A stretch of 64,000 bases of DNA from Azolla caroliniana (Eukaryota; Plantae; Polypodiophyta). Below are positions 26,681-38,507 of the stretch, in pieces; position 1 is the first letter of the stretch; every line of letters begins with the position of its first letter. Made by a program: the position numbers and the translations under genes. The notes under the pieces are model-generated. The model worked only from the letters and a program-made list of their open reading frames with translations, was not told the DNA's origin and did not search any database. The stretch spans positions 1,116,001 through 1,180,000 of the forward strand of contig JBHGNT010000011.1 in the NCBI GenBank assembly GCA_043228905.1. Reading direction: 5' to 3'.

Positions 26681-26960
26681 GGATCCAAGGGTTCGTCACA
26701 GGCTTGAGGGTGGCTGAACAAGAGCTTGAGGATCCAAGCCTTCGTCACAGGCTTGAGGGGGAGCAACAAAGCCGTGAATACGTGAAGAAAGCCGCGCAAT
26801 GCCGCGCAACAAAGCCGCGGAGAACCGCGCAACGAAGCCGCGAAGACGCGAAGAAAGCCGCGCAACGCCGCGAAGGAAGCCGCAAGCCGCACCGATGCTG
26901 ACGAAGCCGAAGGAAGCTAAACTGGATGTTGGACGCCTCACACTTGAGCTTGAGGGGGCG

Positions 26961-27400
26961 TGTTGAGATATCAAGCTCAACTAGTTTAATCTAGTTAGTC
27001 AACACATGTAACTTAGTAGTTACCTAGATCGAATCTAGTTAATGTGTTGACCTTAAGCCTTTAAATAGGACCTTGTACTTAAGTGGGATATTCTAGATCC
27101 TCCACTCCTTAGTACATTTAATGTAGGACTTACACATAAGTACCTATGTTCTACCCACACATGTGCACCTTTGCACATGGGTTGTATATATACCTCATTG
27201 TGGGTATTTTTGTAGTTGATGACACTTTTCAATATAGTCAATCATCCCCCATTTATCTTTGTGTTCAAGTGTAACTTCCTCTCTCTCTCTCTTCCTCTCA
27301 CACACTCTCACGCGCATATCATACTAATCTTCCGCTGCTTAACGTAACCATATAATTAGTCTCTAATTAACCCTAGTTAATTACCTAATTACTTAAAACA
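26961..27400 (+). repeat. Copia-1 3' LTR (440 bp)
   Basis: Direct repeat of 13292-13729. Confidence 0.95.
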
Positions 27401-28118
27401 CTTCTATATGCAGATGATGTGGTACTCTTCTCATATGATGTTGATAATATGCAAAATTTACTTGGGGTATTAGAAGAATTTTGCCATAGTAGTGGACTAG
27501 CAATGAATGTGGAGAAAACAAAAATGATGGTAGTGCAAACCAGCCAACCTCATCATTACCCTATGCTCACATATAGAGGTGAACATATACAATTTGTTCG
27601 AAGCTTTAAATATATTGGTATTGATGTACCTGCCACAAATAAATGGAGTGCATGCTTTGATTCTAGGCTCCAAGCCGGTTGAAAATCATATTACCTTTTG
27701 GAGAACCAATGCAACCAAAGTAATATTTGTAGATGGGAAGCAAAACTAATGTTGTTCAATGCCATGGTAACTCAAGTATTGCTTTATGGAGTAGAAATAT
27801 GGAGGTGTCACCATCTCTCTTAATGCATGGAATGAGATATAGAAAATTCAAAAGATGTTTTTAAGGAGGCAATTAGGAGTTAAATGTAGTACCCCTTAGC
27901 AGGTTATGCTCTTGGAAACAGGTGTTCGACCCATAGAACTATTGGCACTTCAAAGAGTATATAAATACATTACAAAAGTCAAGAATATGCCGAATCATCG
28001 ATTGCCACATCTTGCTTGGAATGTTGGATGTAAGCTACAAAAGAATCATAAAAGTAAGATTCTCTCATCCGGTTGGGTTGTTGACATAAAAACATGGTTT
28101 AGAAGATGGGGTGTGGAT
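27401..28118 (+). pseudogene. LINE reverse transcriptase, C-terminal part
   Basis: Resumes LLYADDVVL, then VEKTKMM, FKYIGI, LLYGVEIW. Interrupted at 28119 by chromovirus A. Confidence 0.9.
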
Positions 28119-28866
28119 TGTCATGAACACATGACCATTATGGCGTCACCCGGACTTGAACCTTGAACCTTGTAATCCATAATTGAAAACCTCAACCATT
28201 AAGATAGCTTATTGTCATATGAGAGGATAAAAGGTACTTTTTGTACATTGATTATTGTAAAAACTCTAGAACATTATAGAAATCTCTAAGCTATTCTTAG
28301 GAACCTATAAATAAGGGCATACATGTATTCTCAAATCAATTCGAATCCACACCAATCTTTAACGATCATTACATATCTTGTATCCATTCTCTTTCTTTCT
28401 CTATCTTAATACACCCATTCTTCGCTTAGCATTTTGTTCCTTTCTTCTTGTGTTCTCTTATATCCTTCTTCCATCACTCTATCTTTTATTCTTGGTTTTG
28501 ATAGTTTGATTCGAATTCTCTCTCCCTCTCTCTCTCTCATCCTTGTCTATAACCATCACAAATCCATTCTCTTTCTTTCTCTATCTTAATACACCCATTC
28601 TTCTCTTAGCATTTTGTTCCTTTCTTCTTGTGTTCTATTATATCCTTCTTCTATCACTCCATCTTTTATTCTTGGTTATGATAGTTTGATTCGAATTCTC
28701 TCTCTCTCTCTCATCCTCCTCTATAACCATCACGAATCCATTCTCTTTCTTTCTCTATCTTAATACACCCATTCTTCTCTTAGCATTTTGTTCCATTCTT
28801 CTTGTGTTCTCTTATATCCTTCTTCCATCACTCCATCTTTTATTCTTGGTTCTGATAGTTTGATTC

Positions 28867-28903
<37 letters not shown>

Positions 28904-31900
28904 CTCCTCTATAACCATCACGAAACCATGGCCACCATTAACTCAGAAGAATATCTCACCCTTGTTGCAGAAATGGAGAATCTTAAATCCAAGTTCGCAT
29001 CTCTTGACGTAGAGAATCAACGCCTACTTGGGGATCTACAAAAGGTTACTATAGAGAAGCAACAACAACAAGGGGAGTTCACACGACGGATTCAATAGTT
29101 AGAGTCAATAATCGTAGTGTTACAACAACAAAGGGTCGAAGGTCAAGGACTTATCAAGGAGCCCAAAATCAGCTTCCCAGCTAAATTCCGAGGTTTCTTG
29201 AATCAAGTATGGTTGGTGATTCAAATGCATCCCACGCGTTATCCGACAGATGCATCACGAGTTGGGTTAGTGGGCACCTTATTGACTGGCATAATGTTAT
29301 TGTGGTTTACTCCATTGCTAGAGACAAATTCTCCTCTATTGAATAATTTCGAGGAATTTATCAAAGAATTTAAGGCTTGTTTCGGAGATACTGATGGGGC
29401 GAGAACAACTATCAACAAGATTCGTACACTACATCAAGGTGATAAGCCAGCTTCGACATATGCAACCAATTTCCTTCTCATCGCAAACTATATTCCTTGG
29501 GATGAACAAGCCCTAATGGAGCAATTCCGTTCAGGCATTCGTAGTGATGTGAAAGACTTACTTCTTACCTTCCCTGAGGATCCAAGGTCACTTACAGAAG
29601 CTATTAGTCAAGCAATACGGTGTGATAATCACCTTTTTGAGCGTCGATGTGAGCGACAACAACAAATAACAAGATCAAGATTCACACCAACTTATGCATA
29701 GTAACGACGCAATCATGCCCAAGGCAAACAAACAACCCTGCTCCAACTCCAAGGAAAACACGTAGTCCAGTCCCAATGGATAGTCCTACACCCATGAAGA
29801 TCGATATGACTCCATGACAAGGACCTTTGTCGGACGAAGAGAAGCAACGGCACCGAGCAAACCGTCTGTGCTTATATTGTGGAGGTCCAGGACATATAGT
29901 CATTCATTGCTCCCGTAGGCTGAGACGTCAGGTAAATCAAATTCACTATGACAATAAAAACGAGTCCAACATTTTAGAATCATTTAGTGAATCTAATATT
30001 ATGAATAATCCACACTTGTCCAATAAGTTTGAAGTCCTAAGACAATTAGAAGAGGATTCAAACGAATAAGTCCGGCCTAAATAGGAGCCATTTGGTTGGA
30101 CAACCCTAGATATATACAACTTAGTGTGGGTTCCATTTCTTCCAAGCATGTTAGTAGAGTCTTCTCAGCCCAAGTACAAGTTAGGACACCGAATTGCCCT
30201 CTTAGATATTGGAGCCAATTCTTGTTTCATGGATAGAGATTTTGCCCAAAAACACCAAATATCCTTGCATACACTTCCTTGTCCAGTTTCCGTAGTAGTG
30301 ATTGATGGATGTCCCATAACTTCCGCGAAGATATTTGAAGAGTCTGAGCCAATACACATACTCTTAGGTGATTTAGGATGTGTAGTTTCCTTTAACATAA
30401 TCCGTAGTCCTAAGCATCCAATTGTCCTCGGTTTGCCATGGTCCGAGCTACATAACCCTAGAATCGATTAGAGGAAGCGAGAAATTTGGTGCCCTTCAGC
30501 AGAAAATATCATTGCCAAGGATCGAACTTAGGATTATTCTCTTGAAGAATATAGTTCTAACAATGGAGCATCTTCTTTTCATCAAATTTCAGCCATCACA
30601 TTGCAACAATTGCGCCAAGAGGGAGGCAAGAAGGACCTTTTCTTATTTGCAGTATCAATGACACCTTCTAGTGCCACTCAAGGGAATTCAGACATCCAAA
30701 TTCCCAAAAAATATCAAGACAATGTTGATGTAATCGACAAAGTCAAAGCTAGTGTTCTTCCAAAGCATTGGACATACGACTGTCCTATTGATCTCCAACC
30801 AGGAAAAGAGCCACCGTGGGGTCCGATTTACAATTTATCACCCATTGAGCTTGAGGTTCTTCGAGAATACATCGAGGAAAATCTTGCACATGGGTTTATT
30901 CGACATTCAAAGTCTCTAGCTGATGCTCCCATCTTTTTTGTGAGGGAAAATGACAACTCCCTTTGTTTGGTCGTGGACTATCAAGGCTTAAATAAAGTCA
31001 CCATAAGGAATTGGTATGCTCTACCTTTAATCTCCAGTCTCTTAGAACGCATTGGTGGGGCAAAGTATTTTACCAAAATTGATCTCAGGGGTGCATATAA
31101 CCTTGTTCGAATTCGACCGGGAGATGAGTGGAAAATTGCATTTCGTACTCGGTATGGTCATTTCGAGTATACATTCATGCATTTCAGGCTCACAAATGCA
31201 TCCGCAATATTTCAACATATGGCAAATGACATTTTTCGGGATTTCTTGGATATCTTTCTCATCATCTACCTAGATGATCTGTTGATTTACTCTAAAACAC
31301 CGGAGGAGCATGATATACATGTGCGGAAAGTACATGAACGCCTAAGAAAGTATGGTCTTTATGCCAAACTTGAGAAATGCAGTTTTGATTGCAAACAAGT
31401 CTAATTTTTGGGATACACTATTTCATCCAAGGGTATTTTCATGGATCCGGAAAAAGTCCAAACAATATTGGAATGGAAACCCCCATGCTCAGTTCGGGAC
31501 GTCTAGTGTTTCCTCGGATTTGCGAACTTCTATCGCAAATTCATACATAATTATTCAAACATTGTGTTGCCCCTCACCCAACTCACCAAGAAAAATCAAG
31601 CATTTTTTTTGGAGTACCGAAGCGGACAAGGCTTTTACTCAATTGAAAGAGGCATTCACATCAACACCTATCCTAGCGCATATTGAGGCGGATGTGTCAG
31701 ACTTCACATTGGGGTGTATCCTATCACAACCAGGCGAGGAGGGGCAGACTCATCAAGTCGCATTTCACTCGAGAAAATTTACTGTTTTGGAGATAAACTA
31801 TGAGGTGCATGATAAGGAGTTACTAGTTGTGGTCGACTCATTCGAGCAATAACGTGATTTTCTAGAAGGATCGCCTCATCAGATTATCATTTATAGTGAT

Positions 31901-31957
31901 CACAAAAATCTCACATATTTTCAAATAGCTCGAGTATTAAATAGATGACAAGCTCGG
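28119..31957 (+). mobile_element. Tcn1-like chromovirus element A (degenerate): 5' LTR, gag, PR, RT, partial RNase H; 3' part absent from the window
   Basis: LTR begins TGTCATG at 28119, TATA ~28306, LTR end ~28503, gag ATG 28928 (MATINSEEYL), LLDIGANSCF, YLDD. Cut in RNase H (LNR*QAR) by element B. Confidence 0.88.
28382..28923 (+). repeat. Three tandem ~175-190 bp copies of the U5 + PBS + leader of element A
   Basis: Units start at 28382, 28562 and 28736. Each has ...TGATAGTTTGATTCGAATTC(TC)n...ATAACCATCAC. Confidence 0.93.
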
Positions 31958-32249
31958 TGTCATGCTATGGCAAGACTCGAACCCATGGACTTATGTTATG
32001 TGGGTCGAGCTCTTGACCATTATACGATCTATTGTAATACGTAGGATATTATTTTCATTTAAGTTTTATTATAGGAAATTAATGTACGTTCCAGATTTCT
32101 CTAGAACATTCCAGAAGCTTCAAGATTACTCCTGAGAACACTATAAAAGAAGGCACTAGGCATTATTTTGAACCAAATTGGTTCAACGCCAGTCTTAAGC
32201 CTCATAGCCCTTTTGTACTTACTCTTCACATAATATATCCTCTGGTATC

Positions 32250-32292
<43 letters not shown>

Positions 32293-35200
32293 CTCTCTTC
32301 CTCTCTCGGGAGTCTTACGCAGTCCTATCCTCTTAGTACTAATAGTACTTCCCTTTTCCAGTACTAATTCTCTCTCTGTTTTAGTACTATTCCTGACAGT
32401 TAGAACTAATTTCCCCCTCAAGTCTACGTGTCGTTTTTCCTCATCCTCCTACCCTTTTTCCTATACTATGGCTACTATTAGTGCCCAAGAATATCAATCT
32501 GTTTTCTACAAGCTACAATGTGTAAAAGAAAAATGTGTTGCCTTGGAACAAGAAAACCAACGGTTGATATGGGATCTGCAACAAATCGCTCTCAAAAAAC
32601 AACAAACGCAGCAACAACATGGGGAGTTAGCGTTACGGGTACAACAACTCGAAGCAGTGTTGCAACAATAAGGATCAAGTCCCCAAGGATTTCATAAAGA
32701 GCCCAAGATTGGACTTCCTATGAAATTTGATGGAACGTGATCACAATTCAGGGGATTCCTTAATCAGGTACGCTTAGTCATCCAAATGCATCCTTCCCAA
32801 TACCCCACTGATGCATCCCGAGTCGGTCTAATAAGCACGTTGCTTAGCGGCTCAGCCTTGGCATGGTTCACTCTGCTTCTAGAAAAACAATCACCCTTGC
32901 TTAATAACTTTGAAGACTTTATTAGTGAGTTTAAAGCCTGCTTTGGAGATACCGACAACATCTGGACAACGATCAACAAAATCCAACGATTGCGTCAAGG
33001 CGATCGTCCAGCCTCTACCTACACAGCGGATTTCCGTCTACTCACCTCAGATATCCCCTGGGATGATCAGGCACTAATGGAGCAGTTTCGCTACGGCCTG
33101 CGAAATGATGTCAAAGATTTACTTTTAACCTTCACCGAAGAACCAAAGTCTCTTACGGAGGCAATCAGTCGAGCGGTCCGATGCGACAACCTCCTTTTCG
33201 AACGGCGTTCGGAACGTCAATTACAAATACCACACTCTAGGCCAGAGTCCACTTACGCCTCAGTTGCGGCTAAACCGTTTGCACTCGACATACCTCAAGC
33301 AAATACTCCGACACCCATGGAGATCGGCACCATGCGTCGACGTGGCCCGTTATCGGAAGAAGAAAAACAACAACGACGTGCAAATCGATTATGTCTTTAT
33401 TGCGGTGGACCAGGGCATATCGCAATCAATTGTCCCCATAGACCAAGAAGACAGGTAAATCAAATCGTAGCCTGTACTAAACCTGAGTCAATTCTTCCCT
33501 TAGGAGTATCTGATAGTATTAATAATACTAATAGAATGTCTGATAGTATTAATAGTACTAATAGCCCTAGTATCTCAAACAAATTTGAAATCCTTAGTCA
33601 ATTAGATGAAGAGTTAAACGATTGAGTCTAGCCAAAATAGGAGTCGTTTGGTTGGACAACCCCAGATCTGTACAGCCCATTAGTGGTTCCATTCCCTCCA
33701 AGAAAGTTAGCAATGTGTTCCTAGCCCAAGTCATGGTTAGTACTAAAATTACTCCCCCAATACACGTCCTAGCACTTCTAGATTCCGGAGCTAATTCCTG
33801 TTTCATGGATCGAAATTTTGCCCAAGCTTCTCAGATATCCTTAAGAAAACTTCCTTGCCCCACATCTATAGTAGTCATTGATGGTCGTCCCATTGCTTCC
33901 GGGAATATTGTAGAAGAGTCAGAACCCATTCAAGTTGTCCTAGGTAGTTTTGTGTGTATAGTATCATTTAATATAATTAGTAGTCCAGAGCATCCCATTG
34001 TCTTGGGATTACCTTGGTTTGAATTACATAATCTAGACATAGATTGGAGAACAAGAGAAGTTCGATATCGACAACCCCAAGAATCTACTCATCGAGTTTC
34101 GACCATTTCACTCCATCAATTACGCGAAGAAGGACACAAGGAGGCAATGTTCCTATTTGCAATATCAGTACATCCTTCCAACACTATTAAGAAGGAATCC
34201 CTAGTGCAACTGCCGATGTCGTGAAGATTTTCGTCCATAGGCGGAAACCGGGGTGGAAAGGCCAAGTCAGTGGTCTGCAACATGTGCACACGTGTACTAG
34301 GAAATGGTGTATAGAAATAAGAGGGGAAATTTTATCCCACATTGTAAGGTCCCTCCCTCCTTGGGGTATAAAAGGAAGGGAGGGGTCACTTATGAAGGGG
34401 TTGCCTATTTTGCGTATAAAAGGTATACCACTTAGCCTAGAGTTCTTACCGTTTTAGGGTTAGGGTTTCATTTAGGGTTTTCCTTATTCATCTTCGGTTA
34501 GGGTTTTCTCATAGTCGTTTGGTGCGGCCCATGCGGCCACCACTGTTGTAATCATTCGTTCGTTTTAATATAACTTGTTGAGTATCTTACCTCCACCGAT
34601 CTCTCCTCCTATGTCATGATCTTATTCTTTCTCCTCTACTCTCTAGTCCGAGACCCCCGTGGTCCCGACCCTTCCACACGCACGCGCGTAACAACGCGAC
34701 ATCTTTGGTGAACCCCACGTGAAGGACGGCAAGGGAGCATGGAGATGGAAGAAGACTTCGACTTCGAGGAGATGATGGCAAAGATCATGATGGAAGCCGG
34801 ACGGAAGATGGCGACGCGAGACGCGGCTCATCAAGTCGTCGAAAGGGTGGTCGATCGAGTCGGCCGGTTCAATGGGAATGAGGTCCCAAAATTTTTGGGA
34901 GCCTACAAGGCCGAGATGGCGAAAGGGGGCATGGACGAGGCGATGGGGCTAGAGTATTTTCCTCGAGTGGCGTCCGTATCGATGCACAAGGAGGTCAAGG
35001 AGCTACGAGAAGCTCACGAGTCGTGGGTGTCCTTTGAGGGAGCTCTATTGGACGCATACGATTATGCGAAACCGGAGTGGGTATGCCGGTAACCCTATGG
35101 GGAGTGGTCGGCAACAACGTGGCCCACAAGCGGCGGAGAAGAGAGGGCGGTGAGCGGCTATGCACTACCGTCGAAAGAGAGCTCGACGCGCGATCAACCG

Positions 35201-38200
35201 GAGGAGTACGACCTAGAGGCGTTGGTATGGGAGGCGTGCGAGAGCGTGAAGGTGAAGTTCGAAGCTAAAGAAGGGCTTATTATGGAGTCGGGCCGGAGAC
35301 GATCCGAGGATGCGGAGGAAGAAGCCTCCCTATGCGTGGACGATGGGGCCTATACGGAGGCCGGAAGAGCATGCAACGGCGACAATGTGGGAGAAGGTGC
35401 AGGGCAAGCGACCCTCTCGTCCTGCAGAAAAGGGACAGTTGTGGACGAGGCCGGTGACTACGAAGCGGGGAGCACCACTTCGAGAGTGGGCGGAGGTTTC
35501 GGGACACATGAGAGCGGAGAGACGGAAGGTGGCGACGGCAAAGCGGATGACCGAAATGACAACGAAGAAGGTCATAGCGGATGGAGGAAAGACCCCTCGA
35601 CACCGAGACTGGAGACTACGACGGTTGCCCTCGAATGCTAACATAAGACCGGAGAGAAGGGCGGTGGCCGTGAGGAGGCGTGGCCCGGAGCGAACACGTA
35701 CGAAGATGAGGATGCGAGGCCCCGAAAGGTACCGAAGGAGAGGCCGGGAGCGGCATCAAGGAGAGAGTCGGGAACCGACCCGAGCGGAAGATAAACCGGT
35801 CGGTAATCGGACATGACCGGAAGACGACGCGGAAGAAGATTGGAGCAAGGGCCGGTCAACCGGGCCCGAATGGAAGAAGAGCTGGCAAGGCCGGAATTGT
35901 TTTGCAATCACGAAAGGGAGCCGACCGAACCAGAGCATGATCAATCGGGATCAAACGGGGGAAGGACCAAACCGGCATGATTGGAGATCGGGAAGACGAG
36001 TCGCAACACATGGTGGGAGCCAGTGAGCATGAGAAGGAGGCCAAGCGGGCATGATGACTACGGTTCCGTGGAAGACCGGAAACGAGCAGGACCCTCCCCA
36101 CCTATTCTAGAGACTTTGGCGGTTGCGGATCAACATAAGACCGGAGAGACGGCGGGTGGCGGCGAGGAGTTGGAGACCGGAACGGACGAGGCTACCGGAA
36201 TGGGTACACGGTGCATGAAGACGGACGAGCACGGCCAAGAGGGCCAAACAGAGACGGAAGGGTCTACGACGACAAAGGAAGAAGAGGCCGACGCGGAGGT
36301 CAGGACTACGGCGGAAGAAGCGTGTAACACGAAGCATGCATTACGGCGTAAAACGGAGCATGCACTACGGCCGACGAAGGGCCAAGAAGCAAGCATGCAG
36401 CCGGAAGAGCGGCAACGAGTGACCGGCAACGGCGGACCGGTCGAGCCTTTGAGAGGCAAGCACGCTGTCACGTTGTTACGCGCGTGCGTGTAGAAGGGGC
36501 AGGACCACGGGGGTCTTGGACTAGGGAGTAGAGGAGAAAGAATAAGATATGAGAAATGGAAGCTTAACACCGGATGAGAAGATGAAGAGTAGCACATAAG
36601 CATAGACCAAAATAGATGGAAGCAAGATCCACAACAAGATATATTAAAACGAACGATTGATTACAACGATGGTGGCCGCATGGACCGCACCAAAACTATG
36701 AGAAAACCCTAACCGGGGATGAACAAGGAGACCCTAAACGAAACCCTAACCCTAAAACGGTAAGAACTCTACACTAAGTAGTATACCTTCCATACGCAAA
36801 ATTGGCAACCCTTCATAAGTGACCCCACCCCTCGCGTACCGCTTGTGTTCTATCTCCGGCTCGATCCTCTCTTCGTCTCGAACACCTCGTGTTGATTCCC
36901 TCCATTCCGCGCTCACCTTCCATAGGCTCTTTCCATGTGCCCTTGTTGTCTCTCGAACATGCGCTCATTGTTTTGTCCCTTGGCGACCTCATTACGTGCT
37001 CCTCGCTTCTCCTTTGCTCGCCATGCTCTCTCGCCGTAGAGTGTACCGTCATCCCGACCACCATGTCAGTGTCCTTCGCGACTCCCGTTACCGCTTCATC
37101 CTGACTCTCGTCCTGTTGGCCCACTTGGCCTCGCAACCCTTTGTCCTCCACGCACCATCCTTCGCTCTCACCGTTTGTCCGTCGATCTCGGCATCTTGTC
37201 GCTTCGTCTCTCGCCACCCTTTTGCCTCTCAAAGGCTCGACGAGACCGCTATCACCGGTCACTCGTTGTGGCTCGTCCGAATACATGCTCGTTTCTTGGC
37301 CCTCGAGCGGCCGTAGTGCATGCTTCCCATTCCGCCCTTCACTCATTGTAGTCCTGACCTCTGCATCGGTCTCTTCGTCCTTCGTTGCCGTAGCCCCTTC
37401 TGCCTCCGGCTTGCCGTCTTGGCCCCGCTTGTCCATCTTTCCGCATTGGATATCCTCTCTGATCCCCGATTCTACATTGGCCTCCAACTCCTCGCCGCCA
37501 CCCGTCGTCCCTTTGGTCTTACGTTGATCCACAACCGCCAAAGTCTCTAGAATAGGTGTGGAGGGCTCCTCTCGCTCTTGGCCTCCCACCGAGTCGTACT
37601 CCTCATGCATGCTTGGCCTCAACCTCCAATCATGCCGACTTAGCCTTCGCCCTGATCGGTCTCGGCCGATCGAGTTCCGGTTTGGTCGGCTCCCTTTTGT
37701 AATCGTAACCGGCCGGTACATGTTCGTCCGAACAAATCCGGCCTTGCCGGCTCTTCTTCGGTTCGGGCCCGGTTGACCAGACCCCGCTCCAATCTTCTTC
37801 CACGTCGTCTTACGGTCGTGTTGGATTATCGATCGGTTCATCTTCCGGTCGGGTCGGTTCCCGACTCTCTCCTCTTTGCCGCTCCCGACCTCTCCGTCGG
37901 TCCTCTTGTATATGCCCGTTCCGGGCCTTGCATCCTCATCTTCGTACGTGTTCGCTCCGGGCCACGCCTCCTCATGGCCACCCCCTTCTCTCCGGTCTTA
38001 TGTTGGCATTCGAGCGCAACCGCCGTAGTCTCCGGTCTCGGTGTCGAGGGGTCTCTCCTCCGTCTGCTATGACCTTCCTCGTCGTCGTTTCAATCATCCG
38101 CTTTGCCGCCGCCACCTTCTGTCTCTCTGGTCTCACGTGGGATCTCGGGGCCGACCGCCAAAGTCTCTAGAATAGGTGTGGGAAAAGTCTCGGTAGCATC

Positions 38201-38427
38201 ACTCGCCGATGTCATGTTTGTAGCCACCTTCGTTCGGACGCCATGGTCCGTGGCTATGTCGTCCCCGGTTACGCAAGCCTCGGTTATGCTTGCTACCTCC
38301 TTGTCCTCATCCTCGTCTCGGTTGCTGTCAGGAACAGTACTGAGACAGAGAAGAAATTAGTACTAAACCAAGGATTAGTACTATGAGAGGTGTGGAACTT
38401 CTTCGAGAGAAGGAAGAAGTGAGCGAG

Positions 38428-38507
<80 letters not shown>

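Larger units (their letters stand above)
13292..27400 (+). mobile_element. Ty1/Copia LTR retrotransposon (Copia-1), non-autonomous (RT/RNase H absent), containing nested Gypsy-1
   Basis: LTRs 13292-13729 and 26961-27400 (TG..CA), TSD CTTCT (13287-13291 / 27401-27405), tRNA-iMet PBS TGGTATCAGAGC 13730-13741, PPT GAGGGGGCG 26952-26960. Confidence 0.95.

Noticed and set aside
28141-28212. Functional tRNA gene on the minus strand (ends in CCA)
   Set aside because: Acceptor, anticodon and T stems do not pair properly. Only the A/B boxes are kept, so it is reported as a promoter-like module.
34739-38300. Host genes among the many 100-340 aa ORFs in the X elements
   Set aside because: They lie between LTRs, recur in three diverged copies with different stops and frameshifts, and are low-complexity.
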